Below the pieces are notes generated by a model. It saw nothing but the letters and a program-made list of their open reading frames with translations, was not told the DNA's origin and searched no databases. A stretch of DNA of 64,000 nt from Balanoglossus misakiensis (Eukaryota > Animalia > Hemichordata), in assembly GCA_040954595.2 (NCBI GenBank), contig CM082581.2, positions 14,437,350 to 14,501,349 on the forward strand, written 5' to 3'. Each line of letters opens with the position of its first letter. Within the stretch, counting starts at the first letter, position 1. Below are positions 52,270 to 64,000 of the stretch, in pieces. The translations under genes and the position numbers were made by a program.

Positions 52270-55200
52270 GGGAGAGATATGCTGATCTGGTGTTTATTTT
52301 CAGTTTACAACAGTCCATGTTTAAAGATCTGAAATTTGAACTGAAGCCGAATTGTGTATAGCTGTACTCCGGACAAATAGAAAACATGTGTGCTTCAGCT
52401 GGTAAATTTCATGAGTCATCCTTTTTAGTTTCATGATGAAATCAGTTCAGGTCATTTATTTCCTGAGATGACTCTGTGCCCACGTAAAATTCTTGTCTTT
52501 GCAGTTTGGTTCGTTTTCATATTCAAAAGGTGTACGAAATGAACATAAAGTGAGAACATGATTAACTTAAAAGAAATGCAGAGAGTCCAGAATTATGCTG
52601 CTGTCTCCTTTTGTACCTGTAACACAGATTTTGGTTCATGGAGCCTAGGAATAGAAGATATTCTAGACAAGCTACCGGTAACAGTCAATGTGTCATTTTT
52701 AAAATGGCTCATATCAGCCTGTGCCATGACTGTTTTCCTAATGTTTTACTTGAGGAAACAGCAATTTTGTTTGCATGAATTTCCAATCAAATGTTCTGTC
52801 TGTCTATCTGTCTGTCTGTCTGTCTGTCAGTGGTGTGATGAGACAGTGGGGTGATGGAACTTCAGTGTTGGATTAATGAGCAGACAGTGTAGATTTGAGG
52901 AGGCACGATAAAGTTATAAATGCAGTGACTGGGCTCAGTTCTACAACAGGTAAAATATGAGTATTTTGGGGTTATTAATGTAAAACGACATACACAACAC
53001 AGAGAACTTCACCAAAATTGGCATCACATGAATGTGTAAGTGTACATTTGACACCAGTGTCGTGTGGGGCCTCCTTTAGTGTGTTTCCAGACACATCAAC
53101 ACAGCCGTGGTTTGAAAGGAAAAAAAGTCCAAGTACCAGTGCAACTGTCTGAAGCCTATGTGATGGAATGCTAGATAAATGGACCAGAAATCTTGCACAA
53201 AAACGTCTTTAGGAAAAGGGGTCAGGGAGAGCTGAATCTTGGCTGCGTTCGTTTGGAAATGGGTTGACCCCAGTGGCATGCCGTGGGTTTTAAGCTTTGT
53301 TGGCAATTAAAAACAGAGCATAAGGAGACTAGCTGGAAACAAGGCCGAAGGGCCTTTGGTATTCTGTTACCCCATTGAATGGATGTCATAGAACAACCAG
53401 GCTGATAAAAACATCCATTGTTGGTCGGACTTTGTATTGATTTGGCCAGCAGCCCATTTCATTGTCAGCATAACACTGGGTTATTAGCATTTTAAAAGAG
53501 GCTTAGAAGGCCTTTCATGTCAGCTGGCCTTGCCCGAACAATGACGGCCAGTTTCCCTGTCATACCAACCCAAATACAAAGTGTCAGACAGATTTCAGTC
53601 ATCAATGAACAGGAATTCACCAGCCTTGGCTACTGAGAAATAGGAATTTGTCATCAATTGTCCATTGTTTTTGGAAACCCCAGGCTTTGCTCTGATTTTC
53701 CCAGCATTTCCTGTTGTGTTTGAAAATGACATCACAGTGATCATAGTTTCAACTACAAAAGAATAATGATTATGCTGAGTGTGTTGAGTTTAACAGTTAT
53801 GTTAACACACTTTACATTGAATTTTTCAAACTGAAGTGCGTGTTCATTCTTGGTGAAACTGAACAAGAGATGGTTTTGGTATCGTCAGGTTACGTGGTGT
53901 ATGCATTCAGTGTCTTGAAAATGCCTGGTTTTGTCTGTCGTTAGATATGGAACCATATTCTTTACACATTGTTGAGTATCCACAGTGGGGCCTTTGATTT
54001 AGAATGAATGGTGTACAACGGCATTACTTTTGTCTGACCAACAATGGCCATGCTCAAGGAATGTGAAAATACAGAGGAGAAATATGGATATTGATGGTCT
54101 TTCGTCTTACAGCGTGTTTAATAGCATGTCCCTTAGAGGTGCATTGACTTGGGTGGGGTATACCTGCATCTTTTTATATGTATATTCAGAACTGGCAATG
54201 GGACATGTATGTTAACCCCCTGTGAACCCTTCCCTGGAGGTTGTGTGGACTGTTCCAGAATATTGGAAATAATGGGCTCTTGTAGAGAAGGAAAGAATGC
54301 TAGGATGAAAAGGTCATCACTGGGTGACAAGGAATGATATGACGAGGTCAAAAAGTGAACTTTTGGTGTAATAAATTTCATGTTATGGTACACCAAAGTG
54401 TCTATGTGGTGAATTTTTGTAGTGTCGAAGCTTCAAAAAAATGCACTCTTTGATTTCTGCAAATGTTGACAAATATTTGAAAAAGGAAGCTTGTACTTAA
54501 CTTAGAAGGAGTTTAATTTGTGGGATAGTTAGTTGTTCATGAAAGATTGTAATGTCCCACTTTGTCCTGCAGATGAGAATTGTGGTGTAAGTTTTGCTTA
54601 TGTTGCCTGTCGTCTGCAAGAAATCATGTCATTTTCATGATAACTAATGGGTAATTATTACAGCAGTGAAATTGTTAAGTTGGGCAGGTAGCCTGTAATT
54701 GTAACCCTTTCCAAGTGTTGTAACTTTCTTTCTGAACTTTGCCAGTCCACTGGGCTGGTTGGTATTGATCACCTTTCTGCCTTTTCAAACAAGCCTTTTG
54801 TCGCAATGATCGATTACAATGTGCCCCTTTCAGACTAGTGGGAAATTCAGCAGTTGAATAACTTTGAAGTCTGACCTTTGTTCCACTGTCAGTCGGCAAA
54901 CAAGACCGGACAAGAATTTCCATCACTAAGAAAAAACAAACCTCAATTGTTACTAAGAGCTGTCGAGCAAACTGACAGCGGTATTGGCTCTCGCAAATAG
55001 TCTGGTCTGAATTCAGCAAAAGGTCATCTTGTGAGAAGGGAATGTCATGCCTATAAATTGACACTAAACAAGTACGTCAATATGGGGATGTAACCCGATG
55101 AATATTGCATTACTCGACAGATGCATGGGCAGAGAACTAATGAGCAAACATATATCTCAGGTGTATCTACAAAGAACCAGTTGGGAAAATTATACATGCC

Positions 55201-58200
55201 CTAAATGAACTGGCTACCTGTACCACATTTTGGAATCAAAGTAAACATCCTGTCTTGGAGAATCCTGACAAAAGAACAGGAATATCATTAATGGCTTCTA
55301 TGTGCCACAAGAATTTTTTTTCACTGGTTTTGCGGTAGATAAGACACATATCAATAATTGGACAATTATGAAAACAATTTTTTCCCAGGAAATACCGAAT
55401 AATAGAATTTCTGAGGCATCTGTTATTCTTTTTTATGTCAGTGAAACTGTTTGCTTTGAAGATAATCATGCAGAAGTTCGAATACTATACTTGAAATCAA
55501 ACAACAAAACTGCATTATCTGCCGATGTATATTTGCTATGAAATGCGCAGCCATAATTTTGTCATTATCACGCTTCCATCTTTCCATTATAATTCACAGC
55601 TGTGGGAAATGTTGAAAAATTCATATCTAAGTTGGGACACTGCACACCTATTAATAGAATACTGGGGTGATACTGTGTAGCAAATGACAAGCTAATAACA
55701 TTCAACACCCTGGATGTATTCATGATGAATTGTTGTTGCGTGACTTTCACAGTGATGAAGCGATTACGATGATATGAAGTGGAACGATAAATTATGAAAT
55801 GCGAACATTCCTATAAAATAAGTTCAAACACATTATGACAAGGGGCTTATCATGTCTTGCATTGCCCAGAAAAATAAAACAATGGCTGAATGTAGTATTG
55901 TCTTCTCTGATTGTAAAGAGGTCAGTTGATGCAATTGTTTCATGCAAAATATTGATCTTATCATTCGGAGTGAAGCTAGCTGTAGTATTTCTGCTGATGC
56001 CATTGAACACTTCTGTTCTGGTAATAATCATCCCATGGCCAAGGGATAAGCACCGTGCAAAACCCTTGGTCTTGGTTAACTCTCCAAGGAGAGACCTGCC
56101 AATTCATACCAAGAGAAATGTCAGGGGCAGCTCCACTGTTGAATTGTATGATTGGCATTGCTGCACAGCAGTGAAACTAATACCTTGTCAACCTGTATAT
56201 TGTGTGGATTTCCAAGGGCACCACCACTAAAACACCGGCGATGTTTCTTCACTCGCTGTGAAAGCATTCTCCTGAATAGATTTTTTTCTGCGTGAAAGCC
56301 AGCAAGGTCAGCTAGCCTGGGGCAATATAATTTTATTACCAGATTGTATCCAGTCTTTTGTGGTACCAGGATAAGCCCACAATGCTGTCAAAAACAAATA
56401 AATGCCAGCAAAGCCCTGTGAAAGGCCTCTCTTAGGATTATCACAAGGTACTAAGCCGTGCTGTGTCACAGATGTAAATTTTATAATGCCCAGCCACAGC
56501 ATTATTGACAAGTGACAGAAGATGAAATTTGGGGTCATTGCAGCGCTATTTGGATATGGACTACAAAATGAACGCAGGAAGAGACTTGTTCCTTCAAATG
56601 TTAATTTTGAAAGACTAACAATGGGAGGAGGTCCTGTGTCAGTCCCTTGAGGAGTGATCGAATGGGTCAGTTTGCAAACTGTGGTCTTTCTCTAAGGTGT
56701 ATGTCCATGTAATACTGTCTCTTCAACAAAATCAGTTTGGAGAGTTGGTCTGTTTTGCAAGATTTTTAATGATGATAAGTCCAGGAAAAATGACCATGTA
56801 CCATGAACAAAAATATATGTTAAATCAAAATTTATTGTGAAAATCGACATCATTTATACTGGTCCCTAATTGTTGAAATTTACATCACAAACTTTGCTGA
56901 GATTGCCAACAAATAGAAATGGTTGAAGACTTGCCATTATTCGGGTTCATTAATCCACAATAAACAGCTGCTGCACCGTAGCTATTGACTGGCAGGCCTC
57001 ACGCTTTATGGTGAGATACTATTCTACTATTTCTAGATAACATCAGTACAGACTGACCTTCGTGTCTGCTGTGTGCAGAAAAATCAGTTCCAGAAGTTGC
57101 ACAGAACAAGTCCTGCACTGCAGACCTCTCTTCACAGGCATGGAAAAAACAAACTCAACAAATATGTGGAAAATGTTGATGGGGGAACTTGACACGGAAA
57201 CTGGGTCAGCAGCTGTTTGTGTCTTGTGCCGTGACTCAAAATATCCAGACATCGCTGTGAACGGGAATGTAGCTGTCAAACTTAAAAGCTTTTAGCAGCA
57301 TAATTTCCAACCCGATATTAATTATTGTACACTCTGTCAACACAATATTTAATTAGCATGCCTGTGGTGTGGAAATAATTGAAATTGGTTCGCAAGTTGA
57401 TTTTTAATTTTTATTGATCAGTCTATCCAGTGTCTGGGAAAAAAATATGTGGTTAGATGAAAACATAACAGTGTGTAAATAACCGGGAACTATGTTCCAG
57501 TTTCGTTGTGATTAATTAAACTGGGCAGTACTGTTTTGTCTGTGGAACTCATTCATTTTTAACAATCACCTTTCCTTGCTGTGGTTGTGAATTTGAAATT
57601 TCATGAATTGACAAGGTCCGGCAACCGAGAAAATGTTACTGTAATGAAATAATGTGTCATTCAGCAGTGATGGATTAGATTAGAAGTCAGAAGTTTGGTG
57701 TTTTAGCATCTGCTGGATAGATGTATTGTGTGCATTGAACACCTGTCAAGGGGTGTCACATTGAAAATGATGATTGTCAGGTTCATCTGTATTGAATGCT
57801 GAAATGCACTTATTTTCAGCAGGGAAGACAATTAGGACAATAAGGGAGGAAAATCTCCACTATGTGCCAAAGTGTCAGTGCTGAGGGCTGTGTGACAATC
57901 ATTCTGTCAAGGTTGGGAAAATATGAATGTACAAGCCTTGCTGCTTGACTGGAGTTCAGATTTTATGTACGTTGTGTGATCCACTGCAAATTTTAGTTTG
58001 ATATTGATTGTAACATTTGAAACATGCAAGGATGGTTTGAAATAAAACAGAGTCCTTCACATCTTGTGTTCTTCGTTTGGTCAAAAGTTGAAATCGTGCA
58101 CTGTTTCATAAATAAAAGGATTTGTCAGAGATTTATTGTGTTTTGTAAATCCTGCCCTCGTATATTTTGTCAAGACTGGTGTGTCATTTGTCAAATAATG

Positions 58201-61200
58201 ACTGGTACTGTGTATCCTCGAGTGGCTTGTAAATTATGGTTTGGTGAGTAAAGTGAAAAGGGGGAAAAAACAACATTTGGGTTGCTGATACACTGATAGC
58301 TAACGTGCAACTATTGCAGTGTACATACATGTACATTTTTCTGCAATTGACACCCCAGGTCAGATGATATTCATGTCAGGGACAAAGGTCATGTTTGTAA
58401 AAATATCACTGGGAGTTAGCAAATAACCTGAAATAGTCAATATGGGCTGGGTTCTATTTCTTGATTGACAATTATTGATGAGACAGGAACACTCCCCAAA
58501 TTTGTATGCCGTATTCTTCTAACCTTGCTGTTACACACTCATTTTTGGCATTCTAGCAAGAATGTTTGTTGTGCTGTTTTAGTCGCTGGCAGACAAAGTT
58601 TTGATGCCAGGGCAAATGTACCCACAACAAAGCAAGAAGTGGAAGTGAAATGTATCCTGGGAATGTAGTTGCAGTTTAAATGGCTCTGTCATCCTCCAGG
58701 CACACTGCATACATCATAATGTAGCATTGCGGGTAAATTATGTTATTCAATCTAGCTCTGAAATCCTATCATGTGTGCCCAGAATAGACAAGTCCATCTT
58801 GTCAGTCAGAATGACAAATTGCATGCATCAGGAGATGTGAGATTAGACTGCCTGATATGCTTCACCATTTACATGTCACCTGTTTAGCCTTGACCCCATC
58901 ACCGCGCTGTCCATTTGATATGTCTGAGGCAGGCATCTCTGTCTATGTAATCCCCGAAATGCACACTAGTCATTACCAGCCAAGACGTTTGATGATTATT
59001 GATGGCCGCTCTACACCTAAGTTTATATAGCCAGCCAGAAATGAGTTGTAAATCAGAATCGCTTCGGAGACCCTGGTTCAAATTTTATGATACAAAAATG
59101 CACATATTTTACATTTCCACCGCCTTATGGTGAAAAAGACAGCTAGTCTGATCTTTCCAGGGAAGCTAAAATCGTCCTGCAGGTGCAAAATACATTTTAT
59201 TCATACTTGAAAAATGCATTTTCTGTGTCATATTTCATGAAGCAGCCTGTATGTAATCAAATTGTGTTTTATGAGGAAAAAAAGCAACATTGGGCAGTTC
59301 TGTTACTCTGTGGCCATGTCATTGGTGAGTTTTTTGAGTGAGTGGTCCCTGCTGCGTGCTAGCAACTGTTGAAAATCAACCAAAGACTGATTCCTGTGTA
59401 TTTTTGAAATAGGAGTGAGAATACTGTTTGCCTTTCCCACAAGGAAAACTTGAGATTGGCAAATACTGTGGTAGCAAGGTCAGTGGCTTCATTACTGTAG
59501 AGACAGTGAAATCCTAGTCAGGACAGATTTGGTGTTGTGATCTTTAGGATTTCAGGCCCACATTAAAATATATGGGTTCAATCAGTTTTATGGTATTTTT
59601 CACCTTGACTGAGTTGACAGATAACAGGAAGTGGTTCTGTCTATATATGTTGATGCAAGACAACCATGCCTTGGGCAATGTTGCATGGCATATGTTGAAT
59701 CATAATCTTTTTCCTGTGATGTTTTTACTAAAATATGGTATGAATTTTAAATTCCTCTAAGCAATTTATCCATGAATGTCAATTTCATTGAAATGTGGCA
59801 AATTATGATAGTGATACTTCTCTGGTAGGGGACGGTTTTTTTTTTTTTTAAACAAAATTTAGAAAAATCATTGGTAACACATTTTTTCCCCACATGACCA
59901 TCCAGTGAATATCTGTAGTTAGCCAGGTTTCCATTTTCCATGGTAACTGTGGCTAAATTTGCATATTTGGTCAGAAAATAGTGAATGTAAAATGTAATTG
60001 GGCGGCAGTGATCAAGGGGAGGAAGCCTTTCCTGTCCTTGAAAACTAGACGCAATTCTATAATCCATAAAAGAGGTACATAAAAGAGGCACATTTACTGT
60101 GGTGTAAACGTGACTGCATCAGTAAAATCAGCCAAAAAGACCGGTTTTGGTCTAATACATGGAAGAGCTGAGGTTTCTAGGTGTTGAACGATAACGCATA
60201 TTGCAGGTGGTGGTTTTTGCAACCCAAAAAGATATTTCGTTAATATTTTATGAGGTTTTGTAAAACTTAACTGTGTGTGGTTAAAGTCAGTGGGTGATTT
60301 ATTCTTATCGTAAGAGCGACTGTTTGCTAGGTGATCTTGAATTGAAAATTGTCCCCGAGAAGTGGGTGTTCGCACATCAAAAGTACATTGTATAATATGC
60401 CAGTTGAATGACCTTAGAGGCCATCTATTATAAAAATGTATGCATGACACAAGCAGTCATAAATATGCCATTTGGGGGGAGGGGTAGATAATCCCAATTA
60501 GTGTTGCAGATGTCAGTATTGCAGTCAGGATTTTTATATTGACCTGAACAAAGATTATGAAAGTCAAGAATAGCTGGACCAAATACCAGTGTATGTTTTG
60601 CTGTGTTAGTTACATAATTATCATTTTATAGGGGGCTGTTGGTGCTATAATTGTTTACATACAGGAATAATAAGTAATGTTTCTATTTGCGAATGTCATT
60701 GCTTGGTAACATGACAGAAATGTTTCATTTCTTGTTGAGCATCTGCAGCTGAAATAAACATGGAACTACGTTTCGTCTGTGTTGGCGATGGCAGTTAATG
60801 ACCTGTCAATTTGTGTATGCCACCCACTAACATTTGTTTCAAGATGGAAAATTTGAATTGTTTATTTGGACTGGTTGGCAGGGATATGCGACACAGCTTG
60901 ATTGGGACAGCAGTCTGGACTTCACATGTTTGCACCTCTGTGCATGTGTTTCTCCAAAACAGTACTTCGGAAGTAACCAAAGAAAGTTGCCAAGTTATCC
61001 ACCACAGATTTATACAGTTGTGGATGGTTAGAATAAATAATGTGCCTTACCAAAATGGCTCCGGCCATCATCAAACTAATATTTTTACAGCTGAGTTCTT
61101 TTCTCTCTCTCACACTCACAGGACACTCTTCACAAGACTGTCTGCTATTTTCTACATCTTTGACTACATGTATATTTGTGTCGTTCTCTTAAAAATATCA

Positions 61201-64000
61201 GACAAGTGTCTCTAGTTCGGATCATGTAGGGGGCATATCACATTGTTGGATCAGATATATTGACATATCTAGTGGTTTTGCTGTGCGATGTACACAGTGA
61301 CCTTCGTTGTCATGGTAATATAAAGTGGTAGCTAGTGCAGTTCTGTTGAAGCCTTTCCAAGCGTAAAACATTTGTTAAACGGACTTGTTGGCACTGGTGC
61401 TGCTGGTTGCCCAATATCCATGTTTAGTTGAGATGGATGTATGGATGGATTACTGATCTGTCTCGGATGTCTTTTTGTGCTGGTTTGAATGCATACAACC
61501 TTCGTTCGGCCCCACTGCTTAATGGTCTGTCCATAACATGTATAAAACCACTCCTGTGATATTTCTTACATGTATGACAAGACCCCTGGGAAAGAATTTT
61601 TTTCTAGCACAGGCTGTTGTTGATGTCTGTCTGTGAATGATGGTACAGTGTGGACCCTCTGTCTCAGGTATTGTCAGTTCCATAGCCAGTGTTGTTGCAA
61701 TCAAAACACTAATTAATGAAAATAGAGAGAGAGAGAGAGAAATAACAAATTAGCATTCCATTCAGGTATGCTAAACCTAGCACATGCACAGCTACTTCAT
61801 TTTGGTCGGCTGTAAATATTTTAGTAGTTGCTGTTGTGCTGTAAACATCTACTTTGCTGTGTCTCATATCTATACCAACCTCGTTTGGTATGCCACTTGA
61901 ATCAGATGAATACAGTGCGAGGTAAGCTGGGTCAGGTCATTGTGTCTACAATCCACACTTGCACAAGGAGAGGTCTGTAATGAGGGGGAGGCATGACAAC
62001 ATTGTTGCTTTACTAATAAACATACATATAGGAAGAGCCTTCATCTCTCCATCATTTGGCAAATTGTATTTGTTGTAAAGAATGGCTGCTAGTGTTACGG
62101 TTGTCACATCACGTGTGTGAAGAGTGTCACTTTGGAATAGTGTTTCAAATTTCAATATGTAGATGTAGCTGGCTTGGTCCCCCTCTCCAAAGATCTCTCT
62201 GTCCTTCCCTTCATATTATACTCCAACCATGAACCATTTGTGTTTGTACTTTTTTGAATCAGCTGTCTGAGTCCATTCATTTCAGTATACTTGTATTTAC
62301 ATGTATCTGTAAATGGCAAAGACTGCTCTGAATTTTGATTGGCTGACTGTCATATGCCTGTTTGACTGCCATGGTAACGGCCAATAAGGTTTTTTGATTG
62401 ATCTTTGCATTATTTCAGCACTGACTGCTGCTTTGAAAATTTTTCCGTCTTGGATTTCTTGAGGGTGCATCTGTTACAGTGCCAACCACAGCAACATGCG
62501 AACAGGAAAGGAAATTGCCTTCTTTGGATGCAGATTAGCACAACAAATAACTCCAAATTATTTAGTCAGAAAATAAGACACTTGAGAGACTCTGTAGCAT
62601 TCTTGAATGTAATGTACAGATTCTGAAGAGTTTTAGTGATTGTGACTGGGATTTGATCAAGAGTTTGAAAGCAGTGCCGTCTAGCTGTCTGATGTTTGAT
62701 TTGTCCCAGGATGTGGACTGGGCTCCGACTCCGAGTGTGTTCAATTTATTACCTACCATGCAACTTCTTTCAGAAGTTTTCAATAGACAGTTCATAAATT
62801 GACTGATGTCTCGGAGCCTGTGTTGCTGTCAGTTGCTATGCTGTACATACGGTGGATCGCCCGTGGTTACAGTTCAAATGCCAGTGTGTTTGGAGGCTGA
62901 GGTGGAGACCTCTGCCTCGCGGAGATGCCAACTCAGTGTAACCATGGATATCAGGCTACCCAGCTGACACCCATCAGCTAGTGGATTTGTGTCATAAATT
63001 GCCATAAATTGTTTTCTGGGGCTGCAGGCTCGTCTTCTGGCCAGGGTTGTTTCAAGAAAAAACGAATTAGAGGAGGGACTATCAGGTTCCCTTGCAGGTC
63101 AGATACTGCTTGTTCTGAACAAGGGGAAACAGGATGTAAAATGTTGACAAAAAATGTGGCCTACAGTGATAAATTAGATACACATCCCAGAGAATACTTG
63201 TTTAAATTCCCTTTTCTGCCTCATCTTCTCAATAACAAGAACTTTGCTGAATGAATTCTTCACCGGCTTTCCATATTTCATAACGTTGTGTGATGTACAT
63301 ACCTTGTCAATAATACAAAATGTATGGCCACCCAATAGTCATTTTGCCACTATTTTTACATCCTGACCCATGTTTACTGTCTGTCAATTCTCTTCAGTTT
63401 TCAAACATGGTGCAAATAAAATGCACCATGTCGTACATATCATGCAATGTCAATTTGTGTGGCGGTGTGATCCAATAAGGCCACTGTGCAAGCGTTATGA
63501 TTTTTTCATGTCCAGAGCTGTTCCTCGGACATAGCTGAACCGATTTCATTCAAAAATGGTGCAATGTGCTGCATGATCTACATTGCTTTTGGCAGTATAG
63601 TTAAATGCCACTCCATCACAAGTAAATTGATTTGTTGTGACTTCAGGAACACCACTGACATTGATTTACGCAATGGATTTGTACTAAAGTTTCTCTCAGA
63701 GAAGTGCACCTGACGATAAAATTCAGTCTGTCCCTCGGAGAAATAAAGTGGAATGACATGAAACAGTAGAGCCGGGGAAGACGGGGAATGTTAAGTAAGG
63801 TCTTGCAAACTTGGTTGTTGTATTCATGCCAGACTGACTATTATTGGAGGTTAAAACCCAACTGACTCCTGAAGCCAAGGAATCTGACATGATTTATACA
63901 GTAATATCCGCACACAGAAAATGTATTAAAATCCCATGGGTTCAACATGGGAAGAGTCTTGTCATCCTGCCAGGACTGTGAATGACTTATTTGATTTCCA

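Noticed and set aside
54675-56230. Several 60-130 aa ORFs suggesting a nested gene or transposase in the JMJD1C intron
   Set aside because: No motifs, no coherent exon chain; lengths compatible with chance.
1-64000. CRISPR arrays, tRNA/rRNA genes, prokaryotic operons or defence systems
   Set aside because: The sequence is eukaryotic with spliceosomal introns; no repeat-spacer arrays or tRNA/rRNA signatures were seen.

Overview
AT-rich, intron-containing animal genomic DNA, probably a marine invertebrate such as a hemichordate or echinoderm (inference from gene structure and repeat types). Five spliced genes can be read directly: SNRPG/SmG (minus, complete), a divergent NF-YA (plus, complete), O-GlcNAcase OGA/MGEA5 (plus, complete), a REEP1-4-type gene (minus, complete, C-terminus uncertain) and exon 1 of a JMJD1C/KDM3 demethylase (plus, head-to-head with REEP, intron 1 running off the window). 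There is also a Kolobok/T2-type MITE and three non-autonomous elements with 9-bp TSDs, one nested inside another. The most striking signal is in the OGA introns at the position where vertebrate OGA undergoes intron retention or detention. They hold a 54-nt cassette exon, a candidate poison/decoy exon and a roughly 535-nt multi-helix RNA domain whose 5' closing strand can alternatively pair with the poison exon, which is a candidate RNA-structure splicing switch for O-GlcNAc homeostasis. All structures were paired by eye. Most entries in the ORF track are spurious.
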